Shown: positions 19,996 to 29,691 of the stretch, one piece after another
How positions within the stretch are numbered: the first letter of the stretch is position 1
Layout of the letters: every line of letters starts with the position of its first letter
Origin: Oscillospiraceae bacterium
Lineage (GTDB): Bacteria; Bacillota; Clostridia; Oscillospirales; Acutalibacteraceae
Reading direction: 5' to 3'
Assembly (NCBI GenBank): GCA_031551635.1
Contig: JAVBNH010000006.1
Span: 11,208-75,207, forward strand
Length of the DNA: 64,000 nt
Position numbers and translations under genes: made by a program
Notes under the pieces: model-generated
Seen by the model: only the letters and a program-made list of their open reading frames with translations
Database searches by the model: none
What the model was told of the DNA's origin: nothing

Positions 19996-22611
19996 TTATT
20001 CGTCTCTATATTCCTCGGTAATAAAGGCTTCGAGTACATCCTGCTCTTTTATGTCATTGAACTTATTCAGTCCTATACCGCACTCATAGCCGCTCATAAC
20101 CTCTTTTACGTCTTCCTTGAATCTCTTGAGAGAAGAAATTTCATCCTCAAAAATCACGATTCCGTCACGCACAACTCTGATTTTGCAGCTTCGCGCGATT
20201 TTTCCGTCTGTCACATAAGAGCCTGCGATAGTGCCGTAGGTGCTGAGCTTGAATACATTCCTGACCTCGGCGCGCCCGATTTCAACATCTCTGTATTTCG
20301 GAGCAAGCATACCCTTTATAGCGTCCTCGATTTCCTCAATGCAGTCATAAATGACCCTGTACATACGAATCTGGACATTGTCGCGCTCCGCGTTTGCAGC
20401 GGCGGCGACATCGGGACGCACGTTAAAGCCGATGACTATAGCGCCTGAAACCTGCGCCAGGCGGACATCTGACTCGTTAATAGCGCCGACTGCGCCATGG
20501 ATAACCTTGACTCTGACCTCTTCATTCGAAAGCTTTTCGAGGTTCTGCTTTATAGCCTCAACTGAGCCCTGAACATCAGCCTTAACAATGAGGTTGAGGT
20601 CTTTGATTTCGCCTGCGGCAATAGATTCAAAGAGATTTTCAAGAGTAACATTTTTATATTCGCCGAATAAATCCTCTTTTTCCTGATGCTTACGCTGCTC
20701 GACAAGCTCTCTCGCCAGTCTCTCGTCCGAAACCGCGTCAAAGGCGTCGCCCGCGTGGGGTGTTTCGGCAAGTCCTGTTATTTCAACGGGGACAGAAGGT
20801 CCCGCTTCGTCAATTTTCAAACCCTTATAATCCGTCATAACCCTGACGCGGCCGACAGCTGTGCCCGCGACTATAATGTCGCCGGTGCGCAGTGTTCCGT
20901 TCTGAACAAGCAGCGTCGAAACAGGTCCTCTGCCCTTGTCAAGCCTTGCCTCAATGACGATACCCTTAGCCGCCCTGTTCGGGTTGGCTCTGAGTTCTCT
21001 CATCTCCGCGACAAGCAGGACAGATTCAAGCAGCTTATCAAGATTCATCTTCGTTTTCGCCGAAACGGGAACGCATATGGTTTCGCCGCCCCACTCTTCG
21101 GGAACAAGCTCGTATTCGGTGAGCTGCTGCATGATTTTATCGGTAGTTGCGCCGGGCTTATCCATTTTATTGATGGCGACTACTATGCTGACCTCTGCGG
21201 CTTTAGCATGGTTTATAGCCTCAACTGTCTGCGGCATAATTCCGTCGTCAGCGGCGACAACCAGAATAGCAATATCCGTGGATTTCGCGCCTCTGGCGCG
21301 CATTTCGGTAAAGGCGGCGTGACCGGGAGTGTCAAGGAAGGTTATATCCTGACCCTGAAGATTGACCCTGTAAGCGCCGATATGCTGAGTAATGCCGCCC
21401 GCCTCGGTCTCTGTGACTGAAGCGTCGCGCAGCGCGTCAAGCAGCGAGGTCTTGCCGTGGTCAACGTGCCCCATGACGACTACAACAGGGCTTCTCGTGA
21501 CTAAATCCTCGTCTGTATCGGCTCTGTCGTCTATTATTCTGTCCTCGATTGTGATAACAATCTCCTTTGAGACCTTCGCGCCCAGCTCGGTTGCGACAAG
21601 CTCAGCTGTGTCATAATCGATTTCCTGATTAATATTCGCCATAATGCCCAGCGAGCTCCATAGCTTTTTAATAACTTCGGCGGCTGTCATTTTCATTTTC
21701 AACGCGAGGTCGCCGACGGTAATAAAATCGCCGACTTCAATCTTAACCGGTTTTTTCGCGCGCTCAAGGGCAATTCTCTTGAGCCTCTCGGCCTCGGTTT
21801 CCCTCTTCTGCGAGCGGGTGCCCTGCTTGCGGTATTGCTGGGATTTTTGTTTGATTTTCTGCTTTGTAGTCTCCTGATCCCGCATTATATTCTGCCCGGG
21901 AGTTATCTGCTCATACTTTTCGTTATATTTTTCCAGCGTGACATTGCCCTGACGCGTTTCAACAGTGAGCTTTTCACCCTTGGTTCTCGCTTGAATCGGG
22001 GCGTTTTTATCAGAGGTGCTCTCCTTTTTCTGGAAGGGCTTAGAGAAGGGCTTAGCCGTCTGAGTATTTTCAGCTCTTTGCCCCTGTTTTGGCTGAGCGG
22101 GATGCTTGCCGTCGGTTTTCTGCGGCTGTCCCGCGGAATCCTTCCTGCTCTGTGCCTGAGTACCTTTCCCTGTCTGCTGCGGTTTTTTCGTGTCAGCAGT
22201 GGCTGCTGAAGGCTTCGCGGCGGAATTCGTTTCCGCTTTATCGCCGGAATCCGCTTTATCTTCAGCCTTTTTCTGCTCACCCTTCTGCTCGGCGGCGCTT
22301 GCCGCTTGTGCCTGCTCGGCGGCTTTGCGCTCATTATATTCATCCTGCTGTTTTTGCATTTTTCTCTCGGCGGCTTCGCGTTTTTTAGCCTCAAAGTCCT
22401 CCGCGCTCAATGCCGTAGCAAAATAACTGTCAAAATTTTCGACAGCCGACTGAGTAGTAAGCGTCTCGAAAATAACATCAAGCTCGTCTCCCTCAAGAGC
22501 CGTCTGATGCTTTCTCTCATCACCGAATTTTTCCTTTAACATATCAACAATCAGATTGCTTTTAATATTAAAGTCCTTCGCTACCTCGTGCACTCTGTAT
22601 TTAGTTACCAT
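19996..22611 (-). CDS. infB: translation initiation factor IF-2
   Basis: G domain [17 protein letters not shown] and NKMD. The N-terminal region is long and low-complexity (Lys/Gln/Ala-rich). Confidence 0.97.
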   Translation of the reverse strand: MVTKYRVHEVAKDFNIKSNLIVDMLKEKFGDERKHQTALEGDELDVIFETLTTQSAVENFDSYFATALSAEDFEAKKREAAERKMQKQQDEYNERKAAEQAQAASAAEQKGEQKKAEDKADSGDKAETNSAAKPSAATADTKKPQQTGKGTQAQSRKDSAGQPQKTDGKHPAQPKQGQRAENTQTAKPFSKPFQKKESTSDKNAPIQARTKGEKLTVETRQGNVTLEKYNEKYEQITPGQNIMRDQETTKQKIKQKSQQYRKQGTRSQKRETEAERLKRIALERAKKPVKIEVGDFITVGDLALKMKMTAAEVIKKLWSSLGIMANINQEIDYDTAELVATELGAKVSKEIVITIEDRIIDDRADTDEDLVTRSPVVVVMGHVDHGKTSLLDALRDASVTETEAGGITQHIGAYRVNLQGQDITFLDTPGHAAFTEMRARGAKSTDIAILVVAADDGIMPQTVEAINHAKAAEVSIVVAINKMDKPGATTDKIMQQLTEYELVPEEWGGETICVPVSAKTKMNLDKLLESVLLVAEMRELRANPNRAAKGIVIEARLDKGRGPVSTLLVQNGTLRTGDIIVAGTAVGRVRVMTDYKGLKIDEAGPSVPVEITGLAETPHAGDAFDAVSDERLARELVEQRKHQEKEDLFGEYKNVTLENLFESIAAGEIKDLNLIVKADVQGSVEAIKQNLEKLSNEEVRVKVIHGAVGAINESDVRLAQVSGAIVIGFNVRPDVAAAANAERDNVQIRMYRVIYDCIEEIEDAIKGMLAPKYRDVEIGRAEVRNVFKLSTYGTIAGSYVTDGKIARSCKIRVVRDGIVIFEDEISSLKRFKEDVKEVMSGYECGIGLNKFNDIKEQDVLEAFITEEYRDE

Positions 22612-22908
22612 TTAATTACCCTCCTTGTCGGTTGCCGCCAGCTTTTCGGCAAAACCCTCATCATTAACCGCAACAACTCCGGCTCTTTTGCCGATAGCCT
22701 TTTTTATATCGTCCATTGTATATGAAACATTCAAACATTTTGGGAAAAGCCCGCTCATCTCTTCGCGCAGCCGTTGTGACGCGTCGGCGGTGAGAATGCA
22801 CAGCTCAGCCTGAGAAGCCCGAATTGCGAGCTTAGCCGCGTCGTGACCTACGCTCAGCCTACCTGCCTTCATCGCGAGACCGAGCATAGATAAAAAAGCG
22901 TCATTCAC
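22612..22908 (-). CDS. L7Ae/YlxQ-family RNA-binding protein
   Basis: 98 aa, at the conserved position between ylxR and infB. Confidence 0.8.
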   Translation of the reverse strand: MNDAFLSMLGLAMKAGRLSVGHDAAKLAIRASQAELCILTADASQRLREEMSGLFPKCLNVSYTMDDIKKAIGKRAGVVAVNDEGFAEKLAATDKEGN

Positions 22909-23170
22909 TGCCGGTCAGCTCCTTTTCTATCAGTTCATAAACCTCGTCGGGAACTGAGCACTCAAAAGCCCTTTCAAAGCGTCTTGCTTTGCGCGCCTTT
23001 TTAAAGCATTCAACGCTGCGGCACAGATAGGCGCCCCTGCCGTTCTTGCGTCCGGTTAAATCAAGGCTGATTTCACCTTCAGGGGACTTGACTATGCGCA
23101 CCAATTCTCTTTTAGGTTTCATTTCTCCGCAGCCATTGCATTTTCTGAGCGGAACCTTTTTTGTTATCAA
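22901..23170 (-). CDS. ylxR: YlxR/RnpM (DUF448) RNA-binding protein
   Basis: RKCNGCGEMKPKRELVRIV. TTG start at 23170 with SD AAGGGTGA upstream. Confidence 0.85.
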   Translation of the reverse strand: MITKKVPLRKCNGCGEMKPKRELVRIVKSPEGEISLDLTGRKNGRGAYLCRSVECFKKARKARRFERAFECSVPDEVYELIEKELTGSE

Positions 23171-23183
23171 ATAATCACCCTTG

Positions 23184-23232
23184 CTGGATTCTGGATTCTG
23201 GATTCTGGATTCTGGATGCTGGATTCTGGATA
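23184..23232 (+). repeat. heptamer array (CTGGATN)x7
   Basis: ctggatt x4, ctggatg, ctggatt, ctggata. Located between the nusA stop and the ylxR start. Confidence 0.95.
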
Positions 23233-23248
23233 TTCTATGAATGTTGCA

Positions 23249-24328
23249 TTACAAATTATAAATTGTTGTTCCTGCTTCGCTTTCGGGCTTTATGTCGATT
23301 TTCCAGCCTGTCAGTTTTGCAGCCAATCTTGCGTTCTGCCCTTTATTACCGATGGCGAGCGAGAGCTGAGAATCCGGGACGACAACCCGGCAGCTTTTCG
23401 CTTCAAGATTTTCTATAACAACGCTGATAATCTCAGCTGGGGCAAGCGCGGCTGAAATATACTGTGTTATATCGTCGTTGTAGCGGACGATGTCGATTTT
23501 TTCGCCGCCTAAAAAGTCAACAACCTTCGTAACCCTCGCACCTCTGGGACCTATGCAGGAGCCGACAGGGTCAACGTTTGCATCTTTAGAATAAACCGCC
23601 ATTTTTGTCCTCGAGCCGGCTTCCCTCGAAACTGATTTTATTTCAACAGTACCGTCATAAATCTCGGGCACCTCCTGCTCGAAAAAGCGCTTGACCAGGT
23701 TCGGGTGGGTTCTCGAAATCATAGCCTTCGGACCCTTGCCCTTGGTGTCATCCTCAACATCGACAACATATATTTTTATCCAGCTTCCAACAGTATATGT
23801 CTCCCCTGGAATCTGTTCACCCTTCGGCAGAATAGCCTCAGCCTTGCCGATTTCAAGGGTAGCGTGACCGGTTTTCGCGTCAATGCTTGTTACCTTCGCG
23901 TTGACAATCTCCTGCTTTTTGCTTTGGAATTCCTGAAGAACCTGCCCCTGCTCAACATCCCTGATACCTTGACGCAGTCCGTGTTTGACTTTTTGCGCTG
24001 CGATTCTTCCGAATTTTGTGACATCGAGGTCAATCTCGATAATATCCCCGGGAAGAGCTCCCGGTCTATATTTTTGAGCGTCCTCGGCAAGAATGTCGAG
24101 ATGCTCATCTGAAATTTCCGAAACAACATTTTTGCGAACAAAAACTCTCATTGCATTGTTGTCAGGGTCGATTTCGCAGGATACGGCATCCTTTCCGCCG
24201 AAATCAGCCTTAGCAGCTGTGACAATCGAGTTCGCAATTATATTATATAGCGCTTGTGACGAAATACCCTTCTCCTTCTCAAGCAGCTTTATTGCGTCAA
24301 ACAGTTCTTTTTCCATTTTTTCAATCAA
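23249..24328 (-). CDS. nusA: transcription termination/antitermination factor NusA
   Basis: S1 plus two KH domains (IGPRGARV, IGNKGQNARLAAKLTG). Confidence 0.95.
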   Translation of the reverse strand: MIEKMEKELFDAIKLLEKEKGISSQALYNIIANSIVTAAKADFGGKDAVSCEIDPDNNAMRVFVRKNVVSEISDEHLDILAEDAQKYRPGALPGDIIEIDLDVTKFGRIAAQKVKHGLRQGIRDVEQGQVLQEFQSKKQEIVNAKVTSIDAKTGHATLEIGKAEAILPKGEQIPGETYTVGSWIKIYVVDVEDDTKGKGPKAMISRTHPNLVKRFFEQEVPEIYDGTVEIKSVSREAGSRTKMAVYSKDANVDPVGSCIGPRGARVTKVVDFLGGEKIDIVRYNDDITQYISAALAPAEIISVVIENLEAKSCRVVVPDSQLSLAIGNKGQNARLAAKLTGWKIDIKPESEAGTTIYNL

Positions 24329-24339
24329 ACCTTTCTTAG

Positions 24340-24822
24340 TTAAAAATTTTTAAAATCATCAAGCCTTACCCAGTAAAGCTCTTTAATATCAATTTCAAAA
24401 GTATCCTTCCCCGCTCGTGCTAAGGTTATAACGCCGTCCTTATATGCCTCTAGTACGCCGGTCATCTCCTTCATATTGTCAATAGCCTTATGCAGCTTTA
24501 TCTTTATTTCCGCCCCAATATATTTTTCAAAATGCGCGGGACGAACAAGCTCACGTTCAATTCCGGCGGAGCTGACCTGTAGATTATAAGCCTGCTCAAT
24601 AGGGTCAAGCTCGTCAAGCGGTGCGTCGATTGCCTCATGCAGGGCTACGCAGTCGTCAATACCGACTCCGCCCTCTTTATCAATTATAATACGCAAGTAC
24701 CAAGTCGCGCCTTCTTTTAAAAACCGCACGTCCCAAAGCTCCAATGACAGGCTCCGCGCAAGCGGCTCGGCAATGCTCCAAACAAGCTCGACAACATTGC
24801 CGCCTTTCTTTTTATCAGCCAA
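24340..24822 (-). CDS. rimP: ribosome maturation factor RimP
   Basis: Start reassigned to TTG 24822 with SD GGAGGG (24828..24833), giving a 160-aa protein typical for RimP. The track ORF to 24918 over-extends. Confidence 0.85.
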   Translation of the reverse strand: MADKKKGGNVVELVWSIAEPLARSLSLELWDVRFLKEGATWYLRIIIDKEGGVGIDDCVALHEAIDAPLDELDPIEQAYNLQVSSAGIERELVRPAHFEKYIGAEIKIKLHKAIDNMKEMTGVLEAYKDGVITLARAGKDTFEIDIKELYWVRLDDFKNF

Positions 24823-24949
24823 AATAACCCTCCAAATCTGCATTTTGCGGCACTTATTTCTATATATGAAACATATAAGCACCTCAAAATGAGCAAACAA
24901 AAGAGCGGGTTGCCCCACTCAAACTAAACTCTTACACTAATTGAGTACG

Positions 24950-24978
24950 ATTATACCACAACAGACATTGGAATGCAA
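24950..24978 (-). promoter_or_regulatory. promoter of rimP-nusA-infB operon
   Basis: On the minus strand: TTGCAT, 17 nt, TATAAT, with an extended -10 TGG. Confidence 0.5.
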
Positions 24979-25066
24979 GTGTTTTTTCAAATATTTTCAT
25001 TCAGACACAATTGTGTTATTATTTTCCGTTTTGCAAGTAATTTTATGGTTATCTTTTAAAATTCTG

Positions 25067-26038
25067 CTATTTACAGCACAGCTTTTTTGCAAGATCATAA
25101 GCAAAAACTAATTCGTCCATTGAGCAGTGCTCCTGCACGAAGTGCGTTGTACAGAAAATCCACCTTTTATTTTTCAGCAAGGAAAATACACGCCGGATTT
25201 CACTCTCGAGACGGGTATAATCCCCGAAGCCGACAGTTGTTTGCACGCACAATCCGCCTAAAATCGCGAATTTTTCGGCGTATTTTTCAAGATATACCTG
25301 ATAGCTCATTCCGGCGGATTCCTGATACGGGTGCATGAGGTCGTAGCCAATGTCCGCAATGCCGTCAAGCACTTCGCTGACATTGCCATCGCTGTGAAGA
25401 CTCGCGAAAACACTATAGGATTTTGCGAAATCAACCATCTTTTTGTGACAGGGATAAACCATTTCCCACCAGTCGCGAGGTGAAAAAAGCAGACTGCTCT
25501 GAGCGCCCCAATCATCTGAAAAGTGAATCATATGAACGCCCAGCTCAATCATATTCGAAATATATTTCAAATTCCAGTCTGTCCGCCTTCGGTATACCTC
25601 CCTGAGCTCCTCAGGATACAACGCCATATAACAAAGCTGATTTTCAATGCCGAAGGGGTCATTCGAGCACTCAAAAACCCCCGGCGTCTGCACATAACAA
25701 AACCGCTCACGGCTGTTCTTATGAAAGCTCAGAGCCTCACGCACACCGTCATAATCCTCACTCATGCAGGGGTCATTCATGCTCACGCTTAGAAGAACCT
25801 CGGGCGTTATTTCAACACCCTCGGCTCTCAGCTTTTCAAGCTGTTCATGGTTATAGCAGGAGGGACCGCCGAAAATATGGGCCATGTCAAAGCCGTAAAA
25901 ATCCTCAAAATTCCGCACGGAGCCGAACCTTGACGAAATTTGTTCGCTGAGATTCGCGTCAACCCAGCCGTACAGCGGAGTAACACCGGCATTATTTTCA
26001 CCCCTGATTGTTTTCGCGACAAGCTCGTATGGTTTCAT
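25067..26038 (-). CDS. uroporphyrinogen decarboxylase (URO-D) family protein
   Basis: 323 aa with a family-like core FSDDWGAQSSLLFSP...HSDGN...MHPYQESAGM. Function is unknown. Confidence 0.6.
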   Translation of the reverse strand: MKPYELVAKTIRGENNAGVTPLYGWVDANLSEQISSRFGSVRNFEDFYGFDMAHIFGGPSCYNHEQLEKLRAEGVEITPEVLLSVSMNDPCMSEDYDGVREALSFHKNSRERFCYVQTPGVFECSNDPFGIENQLCYMALYPEELREVYRRRTDWNLKYISNMIELGVHMIHFSDDWGAQSSLLFSPRDWWEMVYPCHKKMVDFAKSYSVFASLHSDGNVSEVLDGIADIGYDLMHPYQESAGMSYQVYLEKYAEKFAILGGLCVQTTVGFGDYTRLESEIRRVFSLLKNKRWIFCTTHFVQEHCSMDELVFAYDLAKKLCCK

Positions 26039-26041
26039 ATT

Positions 26042-26581
26042 TTACTCCTGATAACTTACACCTAATTTAACAGCTTCAATATTTTTTACAATCAGATGCG
26101 CTTTTCTAGCAGGGACAACGTCTGCGAAGGTTTTTTCAATCGTCTCGAGCTTTGTGAAGTCAGTTATCGCGAAAAATTTGCCCAGAAGAATAATGTTTGC
26201 AAGTCCCTGTAGGTTATACTCATCCGACATCGCGGTCGCCGGAACATAGTAGGCGTTTATATCTGTCCGCTCAACCTTTTTATCAATCAGAGAGCTGTCG
26301 AGTATAACGCTCCCGCCGGGTGCGACTGTATCTATAAATTTATCATAGGAAGGCAAGTTCATCGCGATGAGAACGTCAGGTTTCAATACAAGAGGTGATG
26401 ATATTTCCGTATCGGAAATATTAACACTGCAGTTCGCGGTGCCGCCCCTCATTTCGGGACCGTAGGAGGGCAGCCATGTGACCTGCTTACCGTCAAAAAG
26501 CGCGCAGGAGGCGATAACTTTACCGAAAAACAGACTTCCCTGACCGCCAAAACCGGCGATAAGCGTGCTTAAAGAACTCAT
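26042..26581 (-). CDS. 2-oxoacid:ferredoxin oxidoreductase gamma subunit
   Basis: 179 aa with GFGGQG. Fourth gene of the delta-alpha-beta-gamma set. Confidence 0.85.
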   Translation of the reverse strand: MSSLSTLIAGFGGQGSLFFGKVIASCALFDGKQVTWLPSYGPEMRGGTANCSVNISDTEISSPLVLKPDVLIAMNLPSYDKFIDTVAPGGSVILDSSLIDKKVERTDINAYYVPATAMSDEYNLQGLANIILLGKFFAITDFTKLETIEKTFADVVPARKAHLIVKNIEAVKLGVSYQE

Positions 26582-27333
26582 TTTGCTTCCCCCTCTGCGG
26601 TTATGTCTTTATAAACTCCGAGCGGGTAATACGGCAGCATGTTTTCTCTCAGCCAGTCAAGCGACTTGACCGGTGTCATGCCCCAGTTAGTCGGGCAGGT
26701 CGAAATGACCTCGACAATCGAGAAGCCCTTGCCTGCTATTTGTGTCTCAAAGGCTTTTTTTACTGCTCTTTTCGCCTTATTCACATTTTTCACGCAGTCT
26801 ACGCTGACCCTCTCGGCATAAGCAACTCCATCAAGAGTCGACAGCAGCTCACAAACGCGTATAGGATAACCGGCGGCGTTTACATCCCTGCCGTAGGGTG
26901 AGGTCTGTGTTATTTGAGCCGGCAGCGAGGTCGGCGCCATCTGTCCGCCTGTCATACCGTATATTGCGTTATTGACAAATATAATCGTAATATTTTCTCC
27001 TCTGGTGGCGCTGTGAACCATCTCGGCGGTGCCAATCGCAGCAAGGTCGCCGTCGCCCTGGTAAGTAAAAACCACCGAATCCGGAACAGCCCGCTTTACA
27101 CCTGTCGCAACAGCCGGAGCCCTTCCGTGGGGAGCCTGAATCATATCGCAGGCGAAAAATTTATAAGCCATTACAGCGCAGCCGACGGGCGCTATGCCTA
27201 CGGTTCTGCCTTCTACGCCAAGCTCGTCAATGCTTTCGGCGACAAGGCGGTGAATAATACCGTGCGTGCAACCCGGGCAGTATGAGGTCGCCACAGGAAG
27301 AAGTGCATGCGGTCTTTGAAAAATAACAGCCAT
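26578..27333 (-). CDS. 2-oxoacid:ferredoxin oxidoreductase beta subunit (TPP-binding)
   Basis: CPGCTHG and GDGD TPP motif. Overlaps its neighbours by 1-4 nt. Confidence 0.9.
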   Translation of the reverse strand: MAVIFQRPHALLPVATSYCPGCTHGIIHRLVAESIDELGVEGRTVGIAPVGCAVMAYKFFACDMIQAPHGRAPAVATGVKRAVPDSVVFTYQGDGDLAAIGTAEMVHSATRGENITIIFVNNAIYGMTGGQMAPTSLPAQITQTSPYGRDVNAAGYPIRVCELLSTLDGVAYAERVSVDCVKNVNKAKRAVKKAFETQIAGKGFSIVEVISTCPTNWGMTPVKSLDWLRENMLPYYPLGVYKDITAEGEAK

Positions 27334-28397
27334 TATACATCACCTCTTACAATTTTTTCGAGATTTTCGAGAATTTCCTCAGGGGAGGGTATGATACCGC
27401 CGGTGTGTCCGAAGAATGAAACAGGCTTTGAGCACTCTATAGCAAGCCTCACATCGTCTACCATCTGCCCCATGCTCATTTCAACCGTGATGAACTGTTT
27501 CGCGTTTTTCGCAAGGGTCAGCAGCTCCTTTTTCGGGAAAGGCCAAAGGGTAACAGGTCTGAAAAGCCCCGCTTTAATACCCTTCGCTCTGGCAAGATTC
27601 ACCGCCGCCTTGACAATTCTCGCGCTCGCGCCGTATGAAACAAAAATATATTCCGCGTCGTCGAGCATATAACCGTCCGAAATAGATTCGGTTTCCTCTA
27701 TTGTCTTATATCTCAGAAAACGCTCCTTGACAACTCTATCAAGGTCGTTCGGCACAAGGTAGAGCGAATTTATAACATTGCGTTCCCGCGAATCCCTGTG
27801 ACCGTTTGTCGCCCAGGGCTTTTCAAAGGTTTTTATTTCAGCCTGCTCACGCAGCACAACCGGCTCCATCATCTGACCGAGCATACCGTCGGCAAGAATC
27901 ATCGCGGGCATTCTGTACTTATCCGCAAGCTCAAAGGCTTTTGAAACCATATCAACCATTTCCTGAACAGAACAGGGCGCGAAAACGAGGATATGCAAAT
28001 CACCGTGTCCGGGCGCTTTTGTCGCCTGCCAGTAGTCCGCTTGTGACGCCTGAATACCGCCGAGCCCCGGTCCTCCGCGTTGAATATTAACTATTAAGCA
28101 AGGCAGATCCGAGCCGCACATATAGGAAATTGCTTCAGTTTTAAGGCTGATTCCGGGGGAGGAGGAGGAGGTCATAGCGCGTACACCTGCCGCGGCTGCG
28201 CCGAGCAGCATGTTTGCGGCGGCGATTTCTGATTCCGCTTGCAAAAACACCCCGCCGATTTTCGGCAGTCTTTTAGACATATATGCTGCAACCTCGGTCT
28301 GGGGAGTAATTGGATAGCCGAAAAAATGCTTGCAGCCGTTTCTTATGGCAGCTTCCGCAAGTGCTTCATTGCCCTTCATTAAAACTCTTTCACTCAT
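27333..28397 (-). CDS. 2-oxoacid:ferredoxin oxidoreductase alpha subunit
   Basis: MKGNEALAEAAIRNGCKHFFGYPITPQTE, a typical KorA/VorB N-terminus. Confidence 0.9.
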   Translation of the reverse strand: MSERVLMKGNEALAEAAIRNGCKHFFGYPITPQTEVAAYMSKRLPKIGGVFLQAESEIAAANMLLGAAAAGVRAMTSSSSPGISLKTEAISYMCGSDLPCLIVNIQRGGPGLGGIQASQADYWQATKAPGHGDLHILVFAPCSVQEMVDMVSKAFELADKYRMPAMILADGMLGQMMEPVVLREQAEIKTFEKPWATNGHRDSRERNVINSLYLVPNDLDRVVKERFLRYKTIEETESISDGYMLDDAEYIFVSYGASARIVKAAVNLARAKGIKAGLFRPVTLWPFPKKELLTLAKNAKQFITVEMSMGQMVDDVRLAIECSKPVSFFGHTGGIIPSPEEILENLEKIVRGDV

Positions 28398-28411
28398 TTT
28401 TATATCCCTCC

Positions 28412-28618
28412 TTATTTCTCAACCGTTATCGCGCAGTCCGGACACATAAGAGCGCAGGACTTGCAGGCTATGCAGGCTTCCATATCAATGCACATTGCCG
28501 GATGATAGCCTTTGTCGGTCATTTTTTCCATGTCAAGAGCCATAATTTTTTTCGGACAAGCGTCAATGCACAATCCGCAGCCCTCGCAGAAGTTTTCGTC
28601 AACTGTTATTTTTCCCAT
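28412..28618 (-). CDS. 4Fe-4S ferredoxin-type delta subunit
   Basis: 68 aa with two clusters, CEGCGLCIDACP and CIACKSCALMCP. Confidence 0.85.
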   Translation of the reverse strand: MGKITVDENFCEGCGLCIDACPKKIMALDMEKMTDKGYHPAMCIDMEACIACKSCALMCPDCAITVEK

Positions 28619-28657
28619 ATGCTATCAAGCCTTTCATTAATATTTAAATGATACATT

Positions 28658-28685
28658 ATCTACAATCTAATGTCTAATATCTAAA
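28658..28685 (-). repeat. heptamer array, minus-sense TAGATAT TAGACAT TAGATTG TAGAT
   Basis: Covers the last codons and the TAG stop of the P-loop NTPase gene. Confidence 0.85.
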
Positions 28686-29350
28686 TTATTCCACGGCAGT
28701 TTTACTATTGTCTCCACCGGGAAGGGATTTTCAATTTTTTTCTCCAGCTCGCTCATTATTGCCTTGGGGACAGTTGTCAGCATGAGCGGCAGTCCTGTAA
28801 CCCTGCTGACTTCGCGGGCATATTCACAGCCTGATAAAATATCCGCGGCGGAAGTTTCCAGAGAAAGATGCGAATTATTAACAAGCGCGTTCATCGTAAG
28901 GTGCGAAGCCGCTTCAATCTCCCTCAAAAGCTCCAAAGCGTCAAGAGGGTTTTCAATCATTCGACGGAATTTATTTATAACAAAAATTCCGAGGTACCCG
29001 TCGTTTCCCTTTATATCATCGGCATACCGCCCGAGTGCCGTAGCTCCTGCGTCGTCCCCGCCGACATCAAAAAAAACATGGTCAGCGTCACCGCCGAAAA
29101 CCGAGGAAATCTCAGCGGGCAGATATGGCGCGTCAAGAGTGGTGTTTGCGCTGCCGGGCGAAATCAGGCGTATTCCGTTGCCCTCGAGCTCTCTGCGGTA
29201 ATCGGACGAACGAAAATAAGGGTTGACTATATCGAGGTCAACAAGGGTGACCCGCCTGCCCTGCCGCGCGAGCCCAAACGCCGCGTTAAGAGCGAAATTA
29301 GTCTTGCCCGTGCCGTAATGACCGCAGATTATATTATATTTCCGAAACAT
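28667..29350 (-). CDS. P-loop NTPase (MinD/ParA/CobQ-like)
   Basis: Deviant Walker A GHYGTGKT and the hydrophobic strand-Asp run VTLVDLDIVNP. SD GGGAGGG. The last 5 codons and the TAG stop lie in a heptamer array. Confidence 0.6.
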   Translation of the reverse strand: MFRKYNIICGHYGTGKTNFALNAAFGLARQGRRVTLVDLDIVNPYFRSSDYRRELEGNGIRLISPGSANTTLDAPYLPAEISSVFGGDADHVFFDVGGDDAGATALGRYADDIKGNDGYLGIFVINKFRRMIENPLDALELLREIEAASHLTMNALVNNSHLSLETSAADILSGCEYAREVSRVTGLPLMLTTVPKAIMSELEKKIENPFPVETIVKLPWNNLDIRH

Positions 29351-29396
29351 AAAACCACCCTCCCTGTATCAAGAATCCAGGTTAATGCTGTTTTAG

Positions 29397-29417
29397 TGTA
29401 CAATGTACAATGTACAA
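29397..29417 (+). repeat. heptamer array (TGTACAA)x3
   Basis: Three perfect tandem units. Confidence 0.85.
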
Positions 29418-29578
29418 ATAGAGGTCGGGTAGGTAGAATTATGTGTGTTTTTACCTTTTCACCCGACTTGATTAAAGAAAATACATAATTTACCTGCCAT
29501 TAAATCAGCAAACTTATATTATTAAAATCATTCGCGAGCAGAATGTTAATAGCTACCGCAATTTAACTCGCGACCGCC

Positions 29579-29620
29579 ATCCAGCGTCTAGTATCCAGCA
29601 TCCAGTGTCTAAACTAGAAT
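29579..29620 (-). repeat. heptamer array, minus-sense CTAGTTT AGACA CTGGATG CTGGATA CTAGACG CTGGAT
   Basis: Six units with a 7-bp period, abutting the ispH-S1 terminator. Confidence 0.85.
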
Positions 29621-29651
29621 AAAAGTAAGGGCAGGAAACCCGACCCTTACT
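29617..29651 (-). terminator. rho-independent terminator after ispH-S1
   Basis: Minus-sense AGTAAGGG-loop-CCCTTACT followed by TTTTATT. Confidence 0.6.
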
Positions 29652-29662
29652 ATAATATTCAT

Positions 29663-29690
29663 TTGTACTCTGTACTGAGTACATAGTACA
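29663..29690. repeat. heptamer-like array TTGTACT CTGTACT GAGTACA TAGTACA
   Basis: 7-bp period. It is the partial inverted complement of the array at 29397..29417 and ends 1 nt before the ispH-S1 stop codon. Confidence 0.7.
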
Positions 29691-29691
29691 C

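Noticed and set aside
23161-23455. ORFs 23161..23418 and 23216..23455, which start in the CTGGATT array (peptide WILDSGFWILDAGFWI).
   Set aside because: They are open only because the heptamer has no stop in any frame, and they overlap nusA antisense. They have no SD.
24823-24918. N-terminal extensions of ORF-track models (rimP to 24918, rluA-family to 2763, radical SAM to 41425, GH5 to 52247, DeoR to 39067, FIST-like to 62223).
   Set aside because: The extensions lack an SD. They run through promoters or repeat arrays and add non-conserved residues upstream of family-typical N-termini. I chose internal starts that have SD sites.
25005-25016. Perfect 12-bp palindrome ACACAATTGTGT upstream of the rimP operon promoter.
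   Set aside because: It is a single occurrence with no loop for a hairpin and no match to an operator consensus that I can name with confidence. It could be a chance palindrome in AT-rich DNA.
29381-29390. The word GTTAATG(C/T)TG recurs next to repeats (29381, 32752, 58445, and minus-sense at 62193).
   Set aside because: The 7-10-nt word is short enough to recur by chance a few times in 128 kb of two-strand sequence. I mention it only as a possible component of the composite modules.
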